51,469 nucleotides of DNA from Candidatus Falkowbacteria bacterium (GTDB lineage Bacteria; Patescibacteriota; Patescibacteriia; Patescibacteriales; UBA12465). The notes under the pieces were generated by a model that searched no databases, was not told the origin of the DNA, and worked only from the letters and a program-made list of their open reading frames with translations. The position numbers and the translations under genes are program-made. Positions 28,026-36,730 of this stretch are shown here, one piece after another (the first letter of the stretch is position 1; the number at the start of each line of letters is the position of its first letter). The stretch lies in assembly GCA_037132255.1 (NCBI GenBank), contig JBAXPN010000006.1, positions 1-51,469 on the forward strand, in the 5' to 3' direction.

Positions 28026-28529
28026 ATGATAAAACACAAAGAACAACGAGTGGGAATTTTAGTAGATGTGTCGAACATGTATCATTCTGCTAAGAATTTA
28101 TATAACAGAAAAGCTAACTTCAAAGAGATATTAGTAAAAGCAGTGGCCGGCCGGAAACTTATCCGGGCCACTGCTTATGCTATCCGGACGGAAAATCAAG
28201 ATGAGGCTCCGTTTATCGAGGCTTTAAGCCAACAGGGCTTTGAAGTTAAAATGAAAGACTTGCAGATTTTCGCCGGCGGCGCTAAAAAGGCTGACTGGGA
28301 TGTTGGAATCGCAATCGACGCCATTAAATTGGCTGATAAATTAGACGTTTTAATAATTGTTTCCGGCGACGGAGATTATTTACCACTCGTCTCATACTTA
28401 CAGAACAATAAAGGCTGTTTGGTTGAAATTATGGCCTTCCGTAAAACTTGTTCCTCAAAATTAATCGAGGAAGCGGATGACTACACTGATTTAGGAGCTA
28501 ATAAGAAGTTTTTAATTTACAATAATTAA
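28026..28529 (+). CDS. NYN (LabA/DUF88) domain protein
   Basis: VDVSN, KADWDV.IAID, SGDGDY and LIEEAD. Confidence 0.9.
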   Translation: MIKHKEQRVGILVDVSNMYHSAKNLYNRKANFKEILVKAVAGRKLIRATAYAIRTENQDEAPFIEALSQQGFEVKMKDLQIFAGGAKKADWDVGIAIDAIKLADKLDVLIIVSGDGDYLPLVSYLQNNKGCLVEIMAFRKTCSSKLIEEADDYTDLGANKKFLIYNN

Positions 28530-28580
28530 AATAGATTTAGGGCTGGCTTTTTAGCCAGCCTTAAAAAATAATTAAATAAT

Positions 28581-28638
28581 TCTGACCGTTAAATAGATAG
28601 CACTGTATCTAATACAGTTCTTTAATTTAACGGCCAGA
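28581..28638 (+). promoter_or_regulatory. Long stem-loop in the pnp leader
   Basis: TCTGACCGTTAAAT/ATTTAACGGCCAGA outer stem with ACTGTAT/ATACAGT inner stem. Confidence 0.7.
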
Positions 28639-28649
28639 CAAATAACACT

Positions 28650-30896
28650 ATGGAAAAAGTATTTTCTGGAGAGTGGCTTGGCCGTCCTCTAAAAATAACG
28701 ACTGGTAAAGTCGCAAAACAAGCTGATGCTGCTGTTTGGGTCCAATATGGCGAAACGGTTGTTCAAGCTACTGTCGTTCAATCTAAAACTGAGCGGGAAG
28801 GAATTTCATTCTTCCCTCTTATGGTTGAATTCGAAGAAAAATTATATGCCGCCGGCATAATTAAAGGTTCTCGCTGGATTAAGCGTGAAGGCCGCCCAAG
28901 CGACCAGTCAATTTTAACTGGACGCATGATCGACCGAACAATCCGCCCTTTATTTGCTACTGGCGACAATCGCGATATACAAGTAATCATTACTGTTTTA
29001 GCGATTGACCAAGAGAATGATCATGATATCGTTGCTCTTATTGCTGCTTCCGCCGCCCTATCAATTTCTGGCATCGTCTGGAATGGTCCAATCGGCGGCG
29101 TTCGCGTCGGTTTAATTGAAGATAAATTTATTTTCAACCCAACCAACGAAGAGCAAGCTAAGAGTACTCTCGATTTAATCGTTGCCGGAACAGATAAGAA
29201 GGTTATTATGATTGAAGCGGGTGCCAATGAAATTCCTGAAGATAAGATGTTCGAGGCGATTATGGCCGGGCAAAAAGAAATGCAAGGCGCAATCGACTTA
29301 ATCAAAGAATTAAAAGCCGGAGTCGAGCCAAAAGCTCGCCCCGTTGTAAAAGTTAAAGCTAAGACTGAAGAAGAATTAAAAGCCGACGAGGAAAAAGTTG
29401 AAATGCTTAAGATCGGTGAAGCTTGGCTTAACGAAAACATTAAAAAAATACTATTTGTTAAAGAGTATTATACTAAAGGCGAAAGAAAGGCTGCAGTCGG
29501 CGCAATCAAAGAGCAGCTTGATGAATATCTTGAAGCGCAAGGCTTAAGCGCTGATAAACGTCATTACATCGCTAAAAAATTAGTGGAAGAAATGATTGAT
29601 ACGGAAATTACACGCGCCATTGTTGAAGAACAAAAACGCGTTGATGGCCGTAAATTAACCGAGATTCGTGAATTAAGTGCCGAAGTCGGCATCATTCCTC
29701 GCGATCACGGTACTTCCCTTTTCTCACGTGGCGAAACGCAGGTTATGTCTATTGTAACTTTAGGTGCCCCTGGTCTTGAACAATCTCTTGAAGGTATTGA
29801 TGGTCAAAGCAAAAAACGCTACATGCATCATTATAATTTCCCACCGTATTCCGTTGGCGAAGCTTCTCCATTACGTGGCACTGGTCGCCGTGAAATCGGC
29901 CATGGCGCACTCGCCGAAAAAGCATTACTACCAATGATTCCAGATCGTGAAGATTTTTCTTACACTATTCGCTTAGTCAGTGAAACTCTGGGTTCTAACG
30001 GATCCTCCTCAATGGCTTCGACTTGCGCTTCGACTCTAGCTTTAATGGACGCCGGTGTTCCAATCAAGAAACCAGTCGTTGGTATTGCTATGGGCTTAGC
30101 TTCTAATAAGGATATGAGTAAATGGGAAATCTTAACTGATATTCAAGATCTTGAAGATGGTGATGGTGGCATGGATTTCAAAATTACCGGAACCGATACT
30201 GGTTTAACCGCTATTCAACTTGATACTAAAACTGATGGCTTAACCGAAGCTATTATCAAAAAAACCTTAACTCAGGGTCGAGTTGCTTTAAATGAAATTC
30301 TTGAAGTAATTAAAGCCACGATTGCTGCTCCACGTGCTGAATTATCAAAATACGCTCCACGCATTATTAGTTTCAATGTCGATCCAGAGAAGATCGGCGC
30401 TATCATTGGTCCCGGCGGAAAAATTATTAACCGCATTATCGATGAGACTGGCGTTAGCATCGACATCGAAGATACTGGTTTAGTTATGATCTGTGGTACA
30501 GACGCAGCCGGTGTTGCGGAAGCTGTTAGACAAGTTAAAGATATTGTTCATGTCTTTGAGGCTGGCGAAATTATGAAGGGCAAAGTTGTCCGTATTCTTG
30601 ATTTCGGAGCTTTCGTTTCTTTAAACGCTAACCAAGACGGTATGGTTCATGTCAGCGAACTCGCTCCTTATCGTATTGAAAAGCCAAGCGACTTCTTAAC
30701 AGTTGGTGACGAGGTTACAGTCAAAATTAAAGAGATTGATGACCAAGGCCGTGTAAATCTAACTATGAAAGGTCTAACTGAAAATATGGATCTCTGGAAA
30801 GACGAAAAGGGTAAGTCAAACGGCACCAGTTTTGGTGGCGGTAGCCGTGGCCCGGCTAGACCGACTCGCTTTGGCGCTAGACCACCACGCAATTAA
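28650..30896 (+). CDS. pnp: Polyribonucleotide nucleotidyltransferase
   Basis: RMIDRTIRP, FSRGETQ, RREIGHG, SNGSSSMAS, KH (IIGPGG) and S1 domains. Confidence 0.98.
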   Translation: MEKVFSGEWLGRPLKITTGKVAKQADAAVWVQYGETVVQATVVQSKTEREGISFFPLMVEFEEKLYAAGIIKGSRWIKREGRPSDQSILTGRMIDRTIRPLFATGDNRDIQVIITVLAIDQENDHDIVALIAASAALSISGIVWNGPIGGVRVGLIEDKFIFNPTNEEQAKSTLDLIVAGTDKKVIMIEAGANEIPEDKMFEAIMAGQKEMQGAIDLIKELKAGVEPKARPVVKVKAKTEEELKADEEKVEMLKIGEAWLNENIKKILFVKEYYTKGERKAAVGAIKEQLDEYLEAQGLSADKRHYIAKKLVEEMIDTEITRAIVEEQKRVDGRKLTEIRELSAEVGIIPRDHGTSLFSRGETQVMSIVTLGAPGLEQSLEGIDGQSKKRYMHHYNFPPYSVGEASPLRGTGRREIGHGALAEKALLPMIPDREDFSYTIRLVSETLGSNGSSSMASTCASTLALMDAGVPIKKPVVGIAMGLASNKDMSKWEILTDIQDLEDGDGGMDFKITGTDTGLTAIQLDTKTDGLTEAIIKKTLTQGRVALNEILEVIKATIAAPRAELSKYAPRIISFNVDPEKIGAIIGPGGKIINRIIDETGVSIDIEDTGLVMICGTDAAGVAEAVRQVKDIVHVFEAGEIMKGKVVRILDFGAFVSLNANQDGMVHVSELAPYRIEKPSDFLTVGDEVTVKIKEIDDQGRVNLTMKGLTENMDLWKDEKGKSNGTSFGGGSRGPARPTRFGARPPRN

Positions 30897-30967
30897 GCCT
30901 ATATTGACTTTTAACTAATATTAAGTTATTATTTTCCAATATAAAATAATACTGAAAAAACAAAACT

Positions 30968-31378
30968 ATGTTAGCAATTAAATTGTCCCAAACCGGAAAA
31001 ACCAACAAAAAGATGTTTCGCTTAATCATTTCCGAAAAGAGCCGTGATCCATATGGAGATGCTCTTGAGATCCTTGGATCTTATAACCCTCATTCCAAAG
31101 AATTGGCTGTAAAAGCTGATCGTGTTAATTATTGGATTTCAAAGGGTGCACAAATGACGGATACCGTAAACAATCTTTTAGTAGAAAAGAAAATTATCGA
31201 AGGCAAGAAAACTGTCGCTTCTAAACCTGGTAAAGCCAGCGAAAAACGCCTTGGCCAAATCAAAACTAAGGCTGACAAAAAAGCTTCTCGCGAAGCCGCT
31301 CCAGTCGTAGAAGAAGTTGCCGCTCCTGAAGAAGCACCAGCTGAAGAAGTTACAGAAACTCCTGTCGAGAACGCATAA
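30968..31378 (+). CDS. rpsP: 30S ribosomal protein S16 with C-terminal extension
   Basis: EILGSYNP and YWISKGAQMTDTV. Confidence 0.95.
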   Translation: MLAIKLSQTGKTNKKMFRLIISEKSRDPYGDALEILGSYNPHSKELAVKADRVNYWISKGAQMTDTVNNLLVEKKIIEGKKTVASKPGKASEKRLGQIKTKADKKASREAAPVVEEVAAPEEAPAEEVTETPVENA

Positions 31379-31433
31379 TTATCATTTTTTGTAGATTGAC
31401 AAAATCAGTATTTCTGTTATAATTAATGTATAA

Positions 31434-31510
31434 GTCTGCTGAAAAGCAGTTATTTAATAACATTCTTTCTACTTTGACCGCGGGAAACCGCTCAAATCCT
31501 GAAAGACGAA
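31434..31510 (+). promoter_or_regulatory. Structured khpA 5' leader
   Basis: Downstream of TTGACA(31396)/TATAAT(31418); CTGCT-GAAA-AGCAG and TTTGA..GCGG-GAAA-CCGC-TCAAA enclosed by TCTTTC/GAAAGA. Confidence 0.55.
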
Positions 31511-31519
31511 AACAAACGT

Positions 31520-31855
31520 ATGGTAGAACAAGACAAGCAGTTTTTAGAAACTGTTGTAAAACAAATCGTTGGTAATCCGAACGATGTGGTTGTGGACAGA
31601 ACGATTGATGAAAGAGGTGTCTTATTGACCCTTAAAATCAATCCAGCTGACATGGGTTATGTTATCGGCCGCAAGGGCCAGACCGCGCAAGCGATTCGCA
31701 CCTTATTAAAAATTGTTGGTGCTAAAAACAACTCCCGCGTCAATTTAAAAATCTATGATCCAGAGGGTGGTAACCATCGTCCTTCAGCCGATCGCCCAAT
31801 GGGTGACCGTCGTGAAGATATCGATACTTCTGCGATTGATGATTTAAAAATCTAA
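31520..31855 (+). CDS. khpA: KH domain RNA-binding protein KhpA
   Basis: DMGYVIGRKGQTAQAIRTL; located after rpsP. Confidence 0.93.
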   Translation: MVEQDKQFLETVVKQIVGNPNDVVVDRTIDERGVLLTLKINPADMGYVIGRKGQTAQAIRTLLKIVGAKNNSRVNLKIYDPEGGNHRPSADRPMGDRREDIDTSAIDDLKI

Positions 31856-31935
31856 TCAAAGCAAAATTGAATAAACAAAAAAGCACCGTGTAAAAGTGGT
31901 GCTTTTTTGATATAATAGTCTTGAACAATAATCAT

Positions 31936-32607
31936 ATGAAATTTCATCTACTGACAATCTTTCCAGGAATCTTTGACTCATATTTAAATGAGAGTATTTT
32001 GCGCCGCGCGAGCGACAAAAAAATCGTTAAGTTTAAAGTTCATAATTTACGTGATTGGACAAACGACAAACATAGGTCCGTTGACGACGCCCCTTACGGT
32101 GGCGGTGCTGGCATGCTCATGAAGATTGAACCCTTATATAAGGCGCTCACGGCTATTAAAAAATTAGACAAAAAGATAAAACCGAGTAAGCGTAAAATAA
32201 TATTATTATCAGCGGCCGGAAAAAACTGGAATCAAACACTAGCTAAAAAATATTCTAAATTAGAGGAAATAATTTTTGTCTGCGGACGATACGAGGGCGT
32301 TGATGCGAGACTAAAAAATTTTATTGATGATGAAATTTCGGTTGGTGATTATGTTTTAACTGGAGGAGAGCTCCCGGCCCTGACAATTATTGATTCAATT
32401 ACTAGATTACTTCCTGGTGTATTAGGAAATAGAGAGAGTATCGTCGAAGAGTCTCATTCTGAAGAAGGTATAACCGAGTACCCACAATATACTCGACCGG
32501 AAGTTTTTAAAGTTGGCACAAAAAAATATTCTGTTCCAAAAATATTGCTTGAAGGCGACCATAAAAAAATCAAAGAATGGCAAATGAATAATCGGAAGAA
32601 TAAATAA
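31936..32607 (+). CDS. trmD: tRNA (guanine-N1)-methyltransferase
   Basis: VDDAPYGGGAGM, CGRYEGVD, GDYVLTGGE and YPQYTRP. Confidence 0.97.
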   Translation: MKFHLLTIFPGIFDSYLNESILRRASDKKIVKFKVHNLRDWTNDKHRSVDDAPYGGGAGMLMKIEPLYKALTAIKKLDKKIKPSKRKIILLSAAGKNWNQTLAKKYSKLEEIIFVCGRYEGVDARLKNFIDDEISVGDYVLTGGELPALTIIDSITRLLPGVLGNRESIVEESHSEEGITEYPQYTRPEVFKVGTKKYSVPKILLEGDHKKIKEWQMNNRKNK

Positions 32608-32679
32608 TTTTAAAATTAGCTTGAAAATAAAAAAGCCCGGTTTAGCGCCGGGTTTTTGGTTTGCGACTCTGGTTTTAAA

Positions 32680-33075
32680 TCAGAATTTTTTGCCACTTGT
32701 CTGCGGGGCATATTTTTTCATGATTTTTTTCTGATTTTTGCGCTGTTTAAATTCCTTGGTATCGATAAGCGACTGGGTTATCGGCCCATCAAGTGTGTCA
32801 CGTGTATAAACGTTAAACTTGAGTTCGAACTCAGTTTGGCTTTTATAAAATTCCAAAATTAATTTATGGGATTCAACCCGATACACTGAGTGCGGAAAAC
32901 CATTTACATCGTTTATTTGCAACTCTGAGTTATCAGCAATTTCGTTAAGATCAGCTAAGCGACGTGCGATAACTCTATTAGTATGGGCACCAATCGGCTC
33001 AATAAACCAAGATGTTTGTTTTGGTTTTACCGGCTCTTTCGGCCTTCTGACTAAGTCCTTTTTTTTGTCTTCCAT
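32680..33075 (-). CDS. Hypothetical protein
   Basis: 131-aa ATG ORF filling the gap; bidirectional hairpin at ~32631-32657. Confidence 0.65.
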   Translation of the reverse strand: MEDKKKDLVRRPKEPVKPKQTSWFIEPIGAHTNRVIARRLADLNEIADNSELQINDVNGFPHSVYRVESHKLILEFYKSQTEFELKFNVYTRDTLDGPITQSLIDTKEFKQRKNQKKIMKKYAPQTSGKKF

Positions 33076-33145
33076 TGTGACTAAATTTTTAAGTTACTAT
33101 TTACGTTTATTTGATTGTTATTTTATCGTTTTATTATATTTACTT

Positions 33146-34165
33146 CTATTCAATATTTCTAATAATTTTCCAGCCCGTTTCGGTCGCTTTTAAGCGCCCT
33201 GGAGTTGAGAAGCCTGCGGCCTTCTTATGGCCTCCCCCTCCCCAATTTTGGGCTAATTTAGCCACATCTACGTCTTCGGCGGTTGTTCTTAGACTACCCT
33301 TTACTCTACCCCCCTCCTCCCTTAAAAGCAAGGCAACGCGCACTCCCGATAAGCAACTTAAAAATGAGACAATATCACCAAATAAATCAACATGACTTTC
33401 TTTTTCTTCGGGTGTCAGAAGTTCGGAGAGCTCAGATTCAGATAAAGCCGACGAGGCAAAACCAGAAGAGGCGTCAAATTTCATATTTTCTAAAGCCCTT
33501 CCCCAAACTTTTAAAGTCGCAAAACTTTTATTATTAATTGTCTTATTTATAATTTTTGGTAACGAGGCGCCAAACAGCAACATCTCTGAAGATACAGCAA
33601 GCGCTTCGCGTGATGAGTTCGCATGTAAAAAATGTCCCGTATCAGTCATAAGCCCAATCAGAATACAATCCGCCAAAGTCTTTGTTATACTTAAATTATT
33701 TATCTTCAAAAAATGATAAATTATTTCCGTTGTTGCCGCTTTATCCGCTTCTCTAATTTCTAAATCGGCATAAGATTCCTGCTGCTCATGATGATCAAAT
33801 TCAATTATATATGGGCGAGATGAAATTTTTCCATCCTTAGCTGATGTTAGTAAATTTCGCAATCTTAATTCTAAACCGGTACGAGAAATTGAACCACAAT
33901 CAAGAATTAAAATAAGATCATAAACTCTTAAATCGGCCGGCTCCTCAGAACTAACTAATCTTTCATTACTAATAAAATCATAAGCGCCAAGAGATTTGCG
34001 ATCAGCGTAGGCATAAACCGAGAGACCGAGCGACTCAGATACCTCAATCATTGCCCCTAAAGAAGCGAGGGCGTCAGCGTCAGGCGCGGTATGAGCGATA
34101 ATTAATATACGCTTAGACGCGAGCATTTTTTTATAGGCAAATTGTAATTTGGTATTAAAATCCAT
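33146..34165 (-). CDS. nrnA: DHH/DHHA1 phosphoesterase (NrnA-like)
   Basis: HTAPDADA, LDC, DHH, TDTG and GGGGH..AAG. Confidence 0.9.
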   Translation of the reverse strand: MDFNTKLQFAYKKMLASKRILIIAHTAPDADALASLGAMIEVSESLGLSVYAYADRKSLGAYDFISNERLVSSEEPADLRVYDLILILDCGSISRTGLELRLRNLLTSAKDGKISSRPYIIEFDHHEQQESYADLEIREADKAATTEIIYHFLKINNLSITKTLADCILIGLMTDTGHFLHANSSREALAVSSEMLLFGASLPKIINKTINNKSFATLKVWGRALENMKFDASSGFASSALSESELSELLTPEEKESHVDLFGDIVSFLSCLSGVRVALLLREEGGRVKGSLRTTAEDVDVAKLAQNWGGGGHKKAAGFSTPGRLKATETGWKIIRNIE

Positions 34166-34218
34166 AATTGATTATTCTAACGATAAAAAACAAAAAAGTC
34201 CAGATTCCTCTGGGCTCT

Positions 34219-34563
34219 CTAGTCTTCCTCGCTTTCTTCGTCTATTCCAGCGATTAACCTTTCAATTTTACTCGCCTCCTTCTCAGTGGCGTCGAACTCC
34301 CAAATTAAATGGGGCAATTTACGCATCTTTGTTCTGGTTCGCAATATGCCGACTAATTGGCTCGTCGCGGCCGTTAATTTACGAATCGCTGTCCCGGTTA
34401 AATTATCAGGTAAAACCGAAAATCCGATTTTTGCCTGTTTTAAATCAGGTGAACATTCAACATAAGTTATGGTAATCAAAGCATTCTCAACCATCACCTC
34501 ACGGTTAACGGCATAAGCTAATTCCTCCAATAATAAATCGTTAATTCTATCTACTTTTGCCAT
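34219..34563 (-). CDS. rbfA: Ribosome-binding factor A
   Basis: ITITYVECSPDL.QA and P.L.WEFD; follows infB. Confidence 0.92.
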   Translation of the reverse strand: MAKVDRINDLLLEELAYAVNREVMVENALITITYVECSPDLKQAKIGFSVLPDNLTGTAIRKLTAATSQLVGILRTRTKMRKLPHLIWEFDATEKEASKIERLIAGIDEESEED

Positions 34564-34564
34564 A

Positions 34565-36538
34565 TTAAATCTTATCGATAATTCGCTCTTCGCGATAAAT
34601 TACTAAAATATCATCAACCGCTACAACTGGTTTGCCTTCATAACGAATACCAGCCTCCTGATCCTGACTAACAGCTTTAACATCCTGTTTACCGGATTGT
34701 AAACGAGTTAATTTTCCAGAAACAATATAATCATCACCGCGCTTAACATCAATCAAGCTATTATTTTCAATTTCTCCGTCGAGAACTTTGCCGCCAACAA
34801 TTTGACTATTGGTCTCAGTTCTAAAAACAGCTAAAACTTTTAGACGACCTAATTCTATGCGATTAATTTCAGGCTTAACCATTAATTGCATTTCTTCTTT
34901 AACATATCGGATTAAGTCATAAATAATCGTAAAAATCTTAACTGTAACTTGCTTTTCACGAACCAGAGTTTCAATCGCCGGAGACATACGAACATTAAAT
35001 CCTAAAATCTTAGCACTTGAATCTTCGGCCCTTTTAACATCACCTTCGGTAATATAGCCTAAACCTTTATTAATAATCCTAACTTTAACTTTCTCGTTAT
35101 TTAACTTCATAAGTGATTCTTCAATCGCTTCAGCAGAACCCAAGAAATCGGTTTTAATCACAACGTTAACTTTCGGAGTTTTATCTTCAACATTATCATC
35201 GCTTGCACTCGGCATAACATCGGCGGCATGAGAGCTAACTTTAATATTTTTAGTTTTAACTTTTTCTCCTTCACCAACATTTAAAATATCCCCCACGGCT
35301 GGAGAAATTTTTAGTCCTAAAATTTTGGCCGGCGTTGATGGGCCCGCTTCTTTTATTTCTTCACCCTTATAATTTTTTAAAGATTTTACTTTACCATAAA
35401 TAATGTCATTGAAACATAATTGATCGCCAACGCTCAAAGTTCCATTCTGGACTAAAATAGTCGCGAGCGGTCCGGCGGCTTTATCAACGTTTGATTCAAT
35501 AACTGTCCCGGCAGCTGCTGTATTTGGGTTAGCCTTAAGACTTATCGCTTCTGTTTCGGCAACGAGCAGAACCATATCTAAAAGATCTTCTATGCCAGTT
35601 CCATCTTTCGCGGAAATTGGCGTACAAATAATCTTACCGCCCCAATCTTCTGGGGTAATATTCAATTGAGTTGATAATTCTTGTTTGGTTTTATTAACGT
35701 CAGCGGCCGGTTTGTCAATTTTATTTATTGCAACTAAATATGGTATTTTTGCGGCTTCAATAATTCTAAAAGCCTCAACAGTCTGCGGTTTAACACCATC
35801 ATCAGCGGCCACTACTAAAATAGCAATATCAGCAACCTTAGCGCCACGACTTCTCATAGCAGTAAAAGCTTCGTGTCCTGGAGTATCAATAAAAGTTAGA
35901 ACTCTTTCTTTGCGGGTAATTTGATAAGCGCCGATATGCTGAGTAATTCCCCCAGCTTCGCCGGCAACAACGTTCGTACTACGGATAGAATCGAGTAATC
36001 TCGTTTTTCCATGATCGACGTGACCCATAACAACAATAACTGGTGGGCGGTCCATCATGTCCTTAGCATCTTCTCCGGCTAAAATAGCTTCTAATTTTTT
36101 ATCTTCTTTATCATCTTCAGCAACTTTTGTATCAGCTATCTGCACATCTAAATTTAAATTCTCACCGATAATAACGGCTGTATCAAAATCAATTTTTTCA
36201 TTTATTGAAGTAAACACGCCATTCTTCATGAGCTCGGCTAGAACACGATTAACCGGGATGCCAGCGAGTTCGGCATAAGCGCGAACCGTAATAACTCTTG
36301 GGACGGCGATCGTCTTCTTTTCTTTCGGTAAAACTTCATCCTGCTTTTTAATAGCAGCATCCGCTTTCTTTTGCTCCCATTGTCTTCGTAAAAAAGGCCA
36401 ATCTTTAATAATTTTCTTGGCGGTATTATTATCAACTTTAATCGCTTTTTGACCAATTGCAAAACCGAGCTGAGGCAGTAAGTCGCGCAACTCTTGAGGT
36501 GGGATCCGTAAAATACGGGCAAGCTCGGTGATATTCAT
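34565..36538 (-). CDS. infB: Translation initiation factor IF-2
   Basis: [26 protein letters not shown] and NKID. Confidence 0.98.
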   Translation of the reverse strand: MNITELARILRIPPQELRDLLPQLGFAIGQKAIKVDNNTAKKIIKDWPFLRRQWEQKKADAAIKKQDEVLPKEKKTIAVPRVITVRAYAELAGIPVNRVLAELMKNGVFTSINEKIDFDTAVIIGENLNLDVQIADTKVAEDDKEDKKLEAILAGEDAKDMMDRPPVIVVMGHVDHGKTRLLDSIRSTNVVAGEAGGITQHIGAYQITRKERVLTFIDTPGHEAFTAMRSRGAKVADIAILVVAADDGVKPQTVEAFRIIEAAKIPYLVAINKIDKPAADVNKTKQELSTQLNITPEDWGGKIICTPISAKDGTGIEDLLDMVLLVAETEAISLKANPNTAAAGTVIESNVDKAAGPLATILVQNGTLSVGDQLCFNDIIYGKVKSLKNYKGEEIKEAGPSTPAKILGLKISPAVGDILNVGEGEKVKTKNIKVSSHAADVMPSASDDNVEDKTPKVNVVIKTDFLGSAEAIEESLMKLNNEKVKVRIINKGLGYITEGDVKRAEDSSAKILGFNVRMSPAIETLVREKQVTVKIFTIIYDLIRYVKEEMQLMVKPEINRIELGRLKVLAVFRTETNSQIVGGKVLDGEIENNSLIDVKRGDDYIVSGKLTRLQSGKQDVKAVSQDQEAGIRYEGKPVVAVDDILVIYREERIIDKI

Positions 36539-36730
36539 AAATTTTTATTTTATATTAGTAAAATAAAAAGCTTATTTAAGCTTAATAAATCTCTATCTTG
36601 TTATTTTATATTACTTTATTATTACGATTTAGTCAATCAGTCTTAATTTGACTAATCAATCATAATTAGCTAAAGTAATGGGATTTATTTGAACTTTAAC
36701 AAACAATAATAACCTAAAAACCATATACCG

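Noticed and set aside
29021-29440. Antisense ORFs inside pnp and other core genes (e.g. 24090-24614, 134-508)
   Set aside because: Shadow frames of strongly conserved genes, with no motifs of their own.
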